Shown here: positions 1 through 10,908 of the stretch, piece by piece
Numbering within the stretch: the stretch's first letter is position 1
How the letters are laid out: the number at the start of each line of letters is the position of its first letter
Assembly (NCBI RefSeq): GCF_006345805.1
Contig: NC_043004.1
Location: forward strand, 25,916,001 to 25,980,000
Length of the DNA: 64,000 nucleotides
From: Octopus sinensis
Taxonomy: Eukaryota
Reading direction: 5' to 3'
Translations under genes and position numbers: made by a program
Notes under the pieces: model-generated
The model's input: the letters and a program-made list of their open reading frames with translations, nothing else
The model's database searches: none
What the model was told of the DNA's origin: nothing

Positions 1-315
1 CGGTGCTCCAGCATGGCCACAGTCAAATGACTTAAACAAGTAAAAGAGTAAAAGAGATACATATATATTCTTTTATTCTTTTATTTGTTTCAGTCATTTG
101 ACTGGCCATGCTGGAGCACTGCCTTTACTCGAACAAATCGACCCCAGAACTTATTCTTTCTAAGCCTAGTACTTATTCTATTGGTCTCTTTGCTGAACTG
201 CTAAGTTAAGGGGGCGTAAACACACCAGCATCGGTTGTCAAGCGATGGTGAGGGGACAAACATAGATACACAAACATATACACTCACATGTATACATACA
301 CACATATATATACGA

Positions 316-370
<55 letters not shown>

Positions 371-977
371 GTAAGTAGCTTGCTAACCAACCACATGGTT
401 CCGGGTTCAGTCCCACTGCGTGGCACCTTGGGCAAGTGTCTTCTACTATAGCCCCGGGCCAACCAATGCCTTGTGAGTGGATTTGGTAGACGGAAACTGA
501 AAGAAGCCTGTTGTATATATGTATATATATATGTGTGTGTGTGTTTGTGTGTCTGTGTTTGTCCCCCTAGCATTGTTTGACAACCGATGCTGGTGTGTTT
601 ACGTCCCCGTCACTTAGCGGTTCGGCAAAAAGAGACCGATAGAATTTGCTCGACTAAAGGCGGTGCTCCAGCATGGCCACAGTCAAATGACTGAAACAAG
701 TAAAAGAGTAAAAGAGATACATATATATTCTTTTATTCTTTTATTTGTTTCAGTCATTTGACTGGCCATGCTGGAGCACTGCCTTTCCTCGAACAAATCG
801 ACCCCAGAACTTATTCTTTCTAAGCCTAGTACTTATTCTATTGGTCTCTTTGCTGAACTGCTAAGTTAAGGGGGCGTAAACACACCAGCATCGGTTGTCA
901 AGCGATGGTGAGGGGACAAACATAGATACACAAACATATACACTCACATGTATACATACACACATATATATATACGA

Positions 978-1012
<35 letters not shown>
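1..1012. repeat. 660-bp-period direct duplication (1-352 repeated at 661-1012) made of SINE parts
   Basis: Lines starting at 1/661, 61/721, 121/781, 181/841 and 241/901 are identical apart from two substitutions I could see (ctt/ctg, tact/tcct). Confidence 0.9.
365..716 (+). mobile_element. tRNA-derived SINE, family A (bipartite: tRNA head plus CORE-like segment, microsatellite, conserved 3' half)
   Basis: A-box-like TGGTAAGTAG, B-box-like GGTTCAGTCC, then ggcaccttgggcaagtgtctt; 3' half ...gcggtgctccagcatggccacagtcaaatgactgaaacaagtaaaagag recurs in many copies in this window. Confidence 0.85.
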
Positions 1013-1020
<8 letters not shown>

Positions 1021-1174
1021 ATGGGCTTCTTTCAGTTTCCGTCTACCAAATCCACTCACAAGGCTTTGGTCAGCATGAGGCTATAGTAGAAGACACTTGC
1101 CCAAGGTGCCACACAATGGGACTGAACCTGGAACCATGTGGTTGGTAAGCAAGCTACTTACCACACAGTCACGC
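728..1174 (-). mobile_element. tRNA-derived SINE, family A, tail-to-tail with the copy at 365-716
   Basis: Reverse complement of the same head and 3' half. Confidence 0.85.
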
Positions 1175-1206
1175 TTGATATACATATTTATATATATATA
1201 TATTTA

Positions 1207-1440
1207 CTAGCAGCTAAGCCCGGTTTCACCCGGTTGGTTTGGATGATGTGTCTATAAACCTGTTCTGTGTAAGCATTCGGCTTGTTTGGGCACGCTTACA
1301 TTAAGAAACAATTTTAGAATGACTTTTTTCTGTCAAAACGCTTAAAATAGCTGACCAACAAAAAAAAAAACAAGATTCAATCAAATCAAAAAATAAGCCC
1401 AAATACTAAGCAAACAAATGTGAACCATCCTACTTCCATT
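1207..1440 (-). mobile_element. Helitron 3' end fragment
   Basis: Minus strand reads ccgggtgaaaccgggc (hairpin) ttagctg CTAG|t; inner boundary uncertain. Confidence 0.6.
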
Positions 1441-1689
1441 GCGTGCGCACACGCGTACACACACACACACACAAACTCACACACACATATTCACATACCC
1501 TTCCTTTTACATACACACACATATTTTCACACAGAGTTAAAATGACGTTTGGTTTATTTTTTCAGCATACAATTTTCATCATCCCACTACCAAGTATGAC
1601 ATCACCCCTTCCTTTCTCATTCATAAACACAAGAGTATTATTATGGCAGATTATCTTGGTAACCATGGGAGCTATGAAAAAATACAAAG

Positions 1690-2250
1690 TCTAGCATCAC
1701 CACCGGATCATTCTACACATTTTTGTTGTCACTTAAAGCATGTGGAAACCATGCTCTATACTTCTGAACCTTTCCCATTGACTGAAGATGCTTCTGTATA
1801 GCATTGTGGGAGCATTCCATTTTCTGCCAGTTCCCTTGTCATTTGATGAGAATTTTGGTGGAAAAGTTGGTTTAATTGTTCTTCATCGAACTCAACTGGA
1901 CAGCCAGAACGAGGTGCATCTTTGAGGTCAAAATTTCCATTTTTGAACTTGGCATACCAATCACGAGCAGTTCTTTCAACTATGGCACCCTCTCCATACA
2001 CAGCACAAATGTCATGAGCAGCTTCTGCGGCCTTAGAACCTTGATTAAAAGCAAAAAGAATGAGGTGTCGAAAATGCTCATTTTTCTTAACTTGACATTC
2101 CATTTTAATGATCTGAAAAAAAAAAATTAACCAAAATTAACTAGAAAAAAAACAAAATAGATTAAAAAATGATTCAAAAATAGAATTCTCGAAAAAAATA
2201 GATTCCAAAATTTAAAAGAACGGTGGGAACTTAGTTGCCAACCCAATATA
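1690..2250 (-). mobile_element. mariner element, 5' fragment (TIR plus N-terminal HTH of the transposase, frameshifted)
   Basis: ORF 1756-2103 EHFRHLILFAFNQGSKAAEAAHDICAVYGEGAI...RSGCPVEFDEEQL; after a frameshift MGKVQKYRAWFPHAL (WVPHEL-like); TIR TATTGGGTTGGCAACTAAGTTCCCACCG at 2221-2248, resembling mellifera-type mariner TIRs. Confidence 0.9.
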
Positions 2251-3135
2251 ATGCACAGCTTACACAAAACATGGATAAATGATAAGAGCTCATCCAGAAA
2301 AGAGAATGCTTATAAGAAATGCAGAGACCAGGTCCAATGTACTCCGAGATGGATAAAGGAGGCTTGGTGGTCTTCCAATGCTACTGACCTCCAAGAAGCT
2401 GCTGACAGAAAGGATTCTAAAGCCTTTTATGATAGCCGAAGAAAGAGTATGGTCCTCAAGAGCACGGTGTTACTCCTATTTTTTCATCTACATGAGAGAC
2501 ACTGTTAACTGATGGAAAGATCACTTTGAAGCTGTGTAGAACTCCACCTCAGTCACTGATGATGATGTCATAATGTCTATTCCACAGCACACTGAAATAC
2601 TGGATTTGTTCCTGGAACCAACCTTCCTGGAAGTGGTAAATTCTCTTGAACAGATCTCTTCTGGTAAAGCACCTGGTAGAGGTGCTGTCCCTCCTGAAAT
2701 CTACAAACATGGTGGACAGAAGCTTTTTGAGAAATTGCATGAGCTCTTCATAAGTATTTGGATGGTAGGTCTTGTACTACAGGGCTTCAAGGATGCCTCA
2801 AGGAAACAGAAGTATCTGTGATAATCATCATGGGATATTACTTCTGCCTATAGCCAGTAAGATTCTGTCATGTCCGTGGGGAATCTTCAGCTTCCTTTGA
2901 TGTTACAAACGGCACAAAGCAAGGTTGTACTATGGCTCCTGTTTTGTTCGCACTCTCCTTTTCATACAAAGTGGTGTCAAATTCCAGTTTCAAACAAGTG
3001 GTGGATTATTCAATCATCAGTGTTCCAAAGGCAGAAAACTGCTGTGCACCAGTATCATCATTCGTGATCTACTTTTTGCAGATGATGCTGCACTAGTAAT
3101 GACCTTCTTAGAGGAAGCTCAGGAACTTCAAGACC
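2251..3135 (+). mobile_element. RTE-clade LINE fragment, RT region with internal deletions
   Basis: WWSSNATDLQEAADRKDSKAFY; SSGKAPGRGAVPPEIYKHGG; IRDLLFADDAAL. Confidence 0.85.
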
Positions 3136-3139
3136 AGTT

Positions 3140-3935
3140 TCTAGAGTGGGCAGGGATTTTAACACATGGACTGTAATTGGAAAGCATGGGGTGGGAAAGT
3201 GTAATAGTAATGGCATGCTTCTGCTGCAGATGTGTGAGGAGCTGTGTCTGTGTGTTACTAATACCATGTTTCAACAAAAGAATAAGTTTAAGACTACATG
3301 GATGCACCCTGCATCCAAAGAATGGCATATTCTGGATTACATCCTTGTTAGGGTGCGTGACAGACAAGATGCGCAGTGTGTTCATGTTCTTCGTGGAGCT
3401 TGTGTTGGACTGACCACCGCCTAGTATGTGCAAAAGTGAAATTAGTCACAAAACATAAAATCCAGGCTGCAGGGATTACTCTGCCTAAAAGACTGAATGT
3501 TGACTGTCTTAGGTGTAATAGTGTGAAGAGAACTTTACAAGAGGAAATGAATGCTGCAGATATTGGGGAGGATTGGCCAACCCTTAAAAAGTCCGTTTAT
3601 GATATAGGCAAGAAAGTTCTGGGATTGATACAAAGAAAGCATCAAGATTGGTTTAAAGAAAATGATGAACATATAGATGATTTATTGGCTGATAAAAGAC
3701 GACGTACTTTGTCACGCTATTTGTCAACAAAGCTACAGGAAAAGGAAGTGTTGCATAGGGAACTCAAGGATGTAAAATCACATGTGAGGCAACAGCTCTC
3801 TCAGATGAGGGATATGTGGTGGAGTAAGAAGGCTGATGAGATACAGGTAGCATCGGATTCCAATAACACAAAGCTGTTGTATGGTCTCTTGCGAGAAGTT
3901 TATGGACCGACGTCTTCTCTGATGACAGAATTAGG
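3140..3935 (+). mobile_element. RTE-clade LINE fragment, APE endonuclease C-terminus plus linker
   Basis: GKHGVGKCNSNGMLLLQMC...TTWMHPASKEWHILDYILVR; CWTDHRLV; WWSKKADEIQVASD...VYGP. Confidence 0.9.
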
Positions 3936-4098
3936 TGTCTTGCTGAAGAGGAAGTACAAGGTTATTTGGCTGGAGAAAGAAAGATCAGGAATGAAAATAG
4001 AAACAGGTGTGTTACCACAAAGAAAATACACAGTTGCCAACCTGAGGGAAGTGTAGGAGGAGAGAGAGAGAAAGAGAGAGATGGGGGAGAGAGGGAGG

Positions 4099-4145
<47 letters not shown>

Positions 4146-4769
4146 CAGGATGGAGATGGTGGCAAAATGCCAGGCATGTTAATAAGGAATGGGAATCAGA
4201 GTATAAATGAGATAGTTGAGTAAAGGAAGAGAGAGATATAGATAGTGGCAAGTGCCAGGGCATACCCTAGGGGTTCAAATGCTATAAGTGACAGGATATT
4301 GTGAAGGGAGTGTGATTAAAGAGTGTAAGTGGCAAAAGACATGGGTATAAGGAACAGAGGTGTGAGGGCAAGATTAGTGAGTGAGTGCTAGGCAAGGAGT
4401 GAGAACTAGGCATAGTGAATGGAGGAGAAAATGTGTAAAAAAGAAGGGATGTAAATTGGTTTGTTGGGGTAGGGTGAGGGAAAAGTTTGGAGGTGGGGGC
4501 TAGCAGATGGCAATAATAGCCTTGTGCCTAGAGTAGAAAAGAATAATAGAGTGAGACAAGGCATGTGGATAGAATGCACAGGTCAAGGTCAAGCAGAGAG
4601 CAATGATGCAGTGGCACTGGGCCAAGAGGACAAGGTTGGGGAGTGGGAGGTAATCATAGTACATGAAGCAGAAATGTGAAGTATAGCAGGGATGTAGAGA
4701 CGTAGTTTGGTTCATTGTGGTAGAATGTGTGAAAAGTTTTCTACACAGTACTTCTAGAACTCAGTTTTG

Positions 4770-6960
4770 CTGATGTGGGTGGGTCTTCTCAAGAACTTCA
4801 TATCACCAGACATCTCAGTCCATGATCATTTTCTCTGTGAGGTCCAACTTATTGAGATCAGTCCTTACCACTTCATCCCATGTCTTCCTGGGTCTCCCTC
4901 TTCCGTGGGTACCATCTACTTTCAGTGATTGACACTTCTTTATGCAGCTGTCCTCATTCATCTGCATCACATGTCCAAACCAATGTAGTCTTCTCTCTTG
5001 CACGCTACATTTGATTCCTCTTATGCCCAACTTTTCTCTCAATACATTTGCACTTTGTTGTATACGTGCACTGATGATGCACATCCAATGAAACATACTA
5101 CCTTCGTTTCTCTCCAGTCTATACATGTCTTCAACATTCAGAGCCCATGTCTCACTACCATGAAGTATAGCTGTTTGTACACAAGCATCATATTGTCTAC
5201 CCTTCATTCTGAGTGAGAGGCCTTTTTTTACCAACAGATGTAATATCTCTCTCTGAACTTCCTACATCCTATTCTTATACTAGAAACAATACTTTCAGAG
5301 CATCCTCCACCATTACTAATTTGGTCACCTAGGTAACAAAAGCTATCTACAACCTAAAGAGAGCCTTCTGGGCATTTGAGAGAATCTAATTTCCTTTCCA
5401 TCTCTAAGTGCTTATTGTTCCTGCACATCTCCACATACAAAGACTACTCTATCTGTTACTCTACCTGTGATGCCACTGCATCTTTCATGTGTCCATAGTT
5501 TACACTGGGTGAAGCAAATGGAATTTCTTCCATCTCCTTTCCTACATATAGAGCAGGGTCATTTACCTGAAGGAAAGAAAGTTTTATCTTCTTTCTTTCT
5601 AACAACCACTTTTTTCTTAGCTATGTTAACTTTAAGGCCCTTTGATTCCAGGTTTTGTTTCCATACCTGGAATTTCTTCTCCAATTCTGCTAAAGATTCT
5701 GCAATACGAGCAAGGTCATCAACATATAGTAGTCCCCACGGGCACCCAGTTTTGAATTCCTCTGTTATGGCCTGCAGGACTATAATGAATAAAAGTGGGC
5801 TGGGAATTGAGCCCTGGTGAACCCCTACCTGAACGCTAAATTCATCACTGTATTCATGGCCGACTCTTACCTTACTGACAGCACTACTGTACATGGCTTG
5901 GACAGCTCTAACAAGCCACTCCTCTACTCCTAACTTCCTTAGAGACCACCATATAACAGAGCAGGGAACTCTGTCGAAAGCTTTCGTCAGGTCGACAGAG
6001 GCTAAGTACAATAGCTTACTTTTAGCCAAGTACTTTTCCTCACCTGTCTCACTAGGAAGATAGCATCTGTGGTACTCTTCCCAGGTACAAAATCAAACTG
6101 CATCTCATCTAGTTTAAATCTATTTCTAATTAATTGAGCTATAACCCTCTCACTAATTTCCATGACTTGGTCTAGCAGTTTAATACCTTTGCAGTTGTTT
6201 CTATCTAAGACATCACCTTTACCCTTGTAGCAGCTGACCATAATGCTACTACACCAGTCATTGGGGATGGTTCCTTCCTGAATAACCTGATTAACTATAT
6301 GGGTGACTAAGCTGTATCCCATGCCACTGGAAATTTTAATCATCTTGGCAGTGATTCCTGGTGGCCCAAGGGGTTCCCTGTTTTCCTGTCCTTAATTACC
6401 TTATCTATTATACTGCTATCAACTGTGATGGCTGGTCCCTCAACTGGTTTGATATTTGGTAAACTCTCTTTCTCCCATTCATTTTCCACAGTTAGTAACC
6501 TTTTATAGTGGCACTTCCATGTATCTTTCTTCTCTGAGTCACTAAGTGCAAGCATACCATTATCCATTTGCACCCATTTCTCACCTACCGCATCTCTATT
6601 TTCTCTGATACACTGCTTTGCAATCCTGAACACCTCACACCTCTGATCCTCACATTGTAGGACATTTGCAAATCTTTTACCTTCAGCTACTCCTTTTGCT
6701 ATGTTTACCTGATGTCTAGCTCCCCTTTTGGCTACCTGATATAATTCTCTGCTTCCACTGTTTCCATTCTTTCCAGGCCTGTCTCTTTGCTTTTATAACA
6801 TTGTCAACCTCCTTGCTCCACCACCATGTTACCCTTGGTCTAGATGGGACTCTGTACCAGCCACAGATTTCATCCATAGCTCTCAGTGGATTGTCCCTCA
6901 AGAACTTCCAGTCTGGCTGAAATTGAAATGAAATGAAAATTATGTGTGGCCTTAGCAATT
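4770..6960 (-). mobile_element. RTE-clade LINE, 5'-truncated and frameshifted RT through C-terminus
   Basis: DLTKAFDRVP, VGVHQGSIPSPLLF, LLYVDDL; C-terminal LYDACVQTAILHGSETW...RRLHWFGHV...GRGRPRKTW. Confidence 0.93.
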
Positions 6961-7153
6961 AGATATTGAAAGAAATGGAGAAATCCTAGATTCATTGACT
7001 AATTAACATATGAATAATAATAACAAAAACTTTGCAGTTGATTCAAGAAAGAGTGAACAAGAAAGTTGTTGATTCAAGAGCATAGGCAAAGAAAGAAAGA
7101 AAGCTAGCTAGATAGATAGATAGACAGACAGATAGGGAGAGAGTGAGATAGAA

Positions 7154-7198
<45 letters not shown>

Positions 7199-7435
7199 GA
7201 GAGAGCAATACATTAATTAGTTGCTCATATTTTCCTAACCAGCCAGGTTAGACTTTTACTAAAAACTTCCAAGAATGAAGCACCTCCAAGATAAAAAATT
7301 ACTATTTTTATAGCACCAATGATATATTATAAATTAATATGTTTATTGTGCTCTGTACTTGATTTAACATTTCCTTTTTAATGTTCTTGGTCAGCATAAA
7401 ATTTATGTTCACCTTACTTCCCACCTTGCCACACA

Positions 7436-7561
7436 TACGAGGGGTGTATGAAAAGTTTTGATTCTTCAAGGCCTTTGAGCCTTAATGTCTTGTGCCTTCA
7501 TCAGAAGTTTTGTACCATGTTTTGTTTTTTCAGGCTCAAAACTTTTCATACACCCCTCATA
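7436..7561. mobile_element. 126-bp mariner-type MITE with TA flanks
   Basis: TA-CGAGGGGTGTATGAAAAGTTTTGA ... TCAAAACTTTTCATACACCCCTCA-TA; one mismatch between the TIRs; TIR resembles irritans/Hsmar2-type CGAGGGG ends. Confidence 0.9.
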
Positions 7562-7895
7562 ACATCCAGTTATTTTATGAAAGCCTTGGTTGGCAACAGA
7601 GTCATTAATTACAGAATCAATCACTGGTTCAATGCCTTTTTAATAAAGAGAGTGAAAAGAGAGTATTTGTAACTAGATTGAGAACAAATACTGCAAGGAA
7701 CTTAAAAAGCACCAGTTGGTGAACGATACACACTGAGTGGTGAATGATATGCACACACACACACACACACACACAAATATACATGCACACAAATGCATTC
7801 ATGTACTTACATATACAATTACACATGTACTTGTACAAATGCATACACACACAAATACATACAAAACTTTCCCCCATATATCTGACGTGCTCATA

Positions 7896-8035
7896 CATAG
7901 CTTCCCTTACCAAATTCTACTCACATGGTGTTGGTGAAACCAAGGCCTTTGGAGGAAACATTTAACCAAGGTGCTATAGAGTGGGACTAAGCCCAGTATT
8001 ATGTGATTGGGAATGAAACGTTTTCACCATACAGT
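7896..8035 (-). mobile_element. degenerate SINE family A head
   Basis: Diverged reverse complement of the tRNA head (gagtgggactaagcccag, ccaaggtgc, cttaccaaattctactcac). Confidence 0.6.
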
Positions 8036-8588
8036 CTTGCCTTTATAGTTAACAATAAACGTCTGCAGTACCACACTAAAGATAGATTCTTCCCTGCCAC
8101 CAAACAACAACAATCATTGTACCAGTACAAATTAAAAAGCAAAAAAAAACCTTCATCCATCCACACAACAGAAACAACAAGCAAACATAAATAATCGAAT
8201 AAATATATAAATAAAATGTGCAGTAACACATACATTAAGAAGGACCATGTTAGTACTGGAAGCTGCTGGGAGATATGGAAAGATTTAGGTTGTACAGTGT
8301 TTCATAGAGTTAGCTTCTTACTATGAACCACCTTACAACTTGTCTGCTTATCTCATTCTTACTTGGCATTCAGCCTAATTATTCATCACACATCACACAT
8401 TACCTTCAGGCAGTCCTCCACTTCAAAACCCTTCACTTTTCATGGTTTTGTTTTATTTTTTTTCATGTTTCTTTCTCGTACTCTCGCTCTATCCTCCACA
8501 CATCTTCCTCATCAACATTTTCCTCTTCCCTACTTACCCGTTTTCCTATCATCTATATATATATATATGTGCGTGTATGTGTGTGTGT

Positions 8589-8644
<56 letters not shown>

Positions 8645-8783
8645 ACGGATATAGATATATGCATGTATACATACATACACACACACATATATGCATGCAT
8701 GCATATATATATATATATATGTATGTATGCATGATGTATATATATGCATATATATATATATATATTATATATATATATATATA

Positions 8784-9675
8784 TCATCATCATCATCATT
8801 GTTTAATGTCCATTTTCCATACAGGCATGGGTTGGATGGTTTGCCTAACATCTGGAAAGCCAGTGGCTGCACCAGGCTCCACTCTAATCTGGCAATATTT
8901 CTACAGCTGGATGCCCTTCCTAACACTACCCACTCCAAGAGTGTAGTTGGTGCTTTTTACGTGCCACTGGCACAGGAACCAACCAGGTGGCCCTGGCATC
9001 GATCACGTTTGGATAGTGCTTTTTATGTGCCACCGGCACAGGAGCCAGCCAGGGGGCACTGGTCACAGCTATGATTTTGGTTTTACTTGACTCAACAGGT
9101 CTTCTCAAGCTTATCATATTGCCCAATGCATCAAGGGTACTTTTAAATGGGCCGGACATACAACACTGGTATCGGCCAAAGCTACGATCTCACTTTAGTT
9201 GTTGAGTCTTCTCAATCACAGCATATCTCCAAATGTCTTGGTCTCCTGTCATTGCCTCTGTGAGGCCCAGCGTTCGAAGGTCATACTTCACCACTTCATC
9301 TCATTTCTTCCTGGGTCTACCTCTTTCAAAGGTTCCTTTCACAGTTAGTGTGTGGCACTTCCTCACTCAGCTGTCCTTATCTATACATAACACATCATGA
9401 TACCAGCGCATTCCTCTCTCTTGCACATCACATCACATCTGATGCTTCTTACATCCAACTTTTCTCTCAGGGCACTCACACTCTGTCATGTATGCACACT
9501 GACATTACACATCCAGCAGATCATACTAGCTTCCTTTCTTTCAAGCCTATGCATGTCCTCAGCAGTCATGGCCCATGTTTCACTGCTCTGTAGCATGGCA
9601 GTTCACACACATGCATCATACAGTCTACCTTTCTTCCTGAGTGAGAGGCCCTTAGTTGCCAGAAGAGGTATTTAA
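8784..9675 (-). mobile_element. RTE-clade LINE 3' fragment: C-terminal coding region, repeat-containing 3' UTR and (TGA)n tail
   Basis: Minus strand translates PLLATKGLSLRKKGRLYDACV*TAMLQSSETW...GRPRKK*DEVVKYDLRTLGL, homologous to 4815-5234; ends in (GAT)n. Confidence 0.9.
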
Positions 9676-9924
9676 TGAGATAGTTAGGCCATGTGTCAAA
9701 GCGTCGATGCTTCCTAGGGCTAAATAGGGGTGGTGTGATTCTCTTTACGGAACTGTCACGTTAAGTTGACAGTATACAATCGCTTTATCATTCCACCACC
9801 ACTCATATCTCTCTGAGATATTTAGAAATTTAATATTTCTAATTTTGGTGATCAGTGAATAAACTTCACTGAAAATATATTTGCGAAGGCTTGGCAAGTA
9901 TCTTCAACTAGTAGGCCATACTTC

Positions 9925-9970
9925 CCTAGACTGATGACGAGCAAGACTCAGAAACATGCATGTCTCTAGG
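9925..9970 (+). ncRNA. minimal type I hammerhead ribozyme (one mismatch at the base of stem II)
   Basis: CCTAGA-CTGATGA-cGAG caaga CTCa-GAAAC atgcat GTC^TCTAGG; 6-bp stem I; palindromic stem III ACATGCATGT. Confidence 0.8.
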
Positions 9971-10109
9971 TGCTGGTCTATCTGTTGGGGGTGCTTGTCT
10001 CCCCTTCGCAAATGTGTCAAAGCTGACAGGAAGCGTTGATGCTTCCAAGGGCTAAGTAGCAGTGGGGACTGTCACGTTAAGTTGACAGTATAGAACCACT
10101 CCATTTTTT

Positions 10110-10863
10110 AAATTGTATTTCATAAATATATTCTATAGATATTTATAATATTTATGTAAGTAATAATGGACTAATTTATTTTTGGTTATATGTTTATATA
10201 TTTATTGATAGAGAAAATTTTAGATTTTTAACTACTATATTTGTTGATTATAATTTAGATACTTATTTTTATGTATTTATTATTTTAAAATTATTAGATG
10301 TGAACTTAAATCTAAAAATATTAATAGCGATTATTTTGTTAAATAATTTGGTAATTAAATATTGGAGTATAACTGAGTTAAAGATATTCGATAGTTTATT
10401 ATGCTTTTTCAAAGATAAATACACATTTCTATCTATTTTTTACCTTAAAAATTAAATATTTAACATAATAAATGTGTTGTAGGAAATAATCCTAATGTTT
10501 TTAGTTTTCAAATTTAGTTAATGGAGTTTTTTCTATAAGAAACATTATTATTTTATTTATTTTAAAATAAATATTGTTTAACTCTATTTGCTTATTTATT
10601 TGACTATTATTATTAACCTGAAGATTGACTATAATTTTAAATCGAATTTATTTCAATTGAATTTAAACTTAATTGTAATTCGAATTTAATTGTAGCCATG
10701 AAACGTACATAGTTTTTTTTTTACTTATTATATATTAATCATTCATTTTTATACTTTTGAGATCTAGTTATATGTTTTATAAAAATATTTATTACTTATT
10801 ATTTATGTTTTGGTTTATGTCTGTCACTGTTTGAATTGCATAATAGTGGTTTTACCTCTAATT

Positions 10864-10880
<17 letters not shown>
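10110..10880 (-). mobile_element. very AT-rich decayed element, probably the 5' region of a Penelope-like element
   Basis: Its end aatagtggtttttacctctaatttatattata matches the repeat end at 19105-19135; N/K/I-rich broken frames; it abuts the HHR repeat. Confidence 0.4.

Positions 10881-10889
<9 letters not shown>

Positions 10890-10908
<19 letters not shown>

Noticed and set aside
365-440. tRNA genes suggested by A/B boxes (also at 22110, 30160, 49200)
   Set aside because: No complete cloverleaf; each continues into SINE body and tail, several with TSDs
5067-5100. CTGATGA...GAAAC spacing resembling a hammerhead
   Set aside because: No stem II pairing, no NUH after stem III, and it lies on the antisense strand of RTE coding sequence
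7470-7515. Minus-strand CTGATGA-AGGC...GCCTT-GAAG in the MITE
   Set aside because: No GAAAC, no stem III and no cleavage triplet
10110-10860. Possible mitochondrial insertion (extreme AT richness)
   Set aside because: No recognisable mitochondrial gene or tRNA; its end matches a nuclear repeat also present at 19.1 kb
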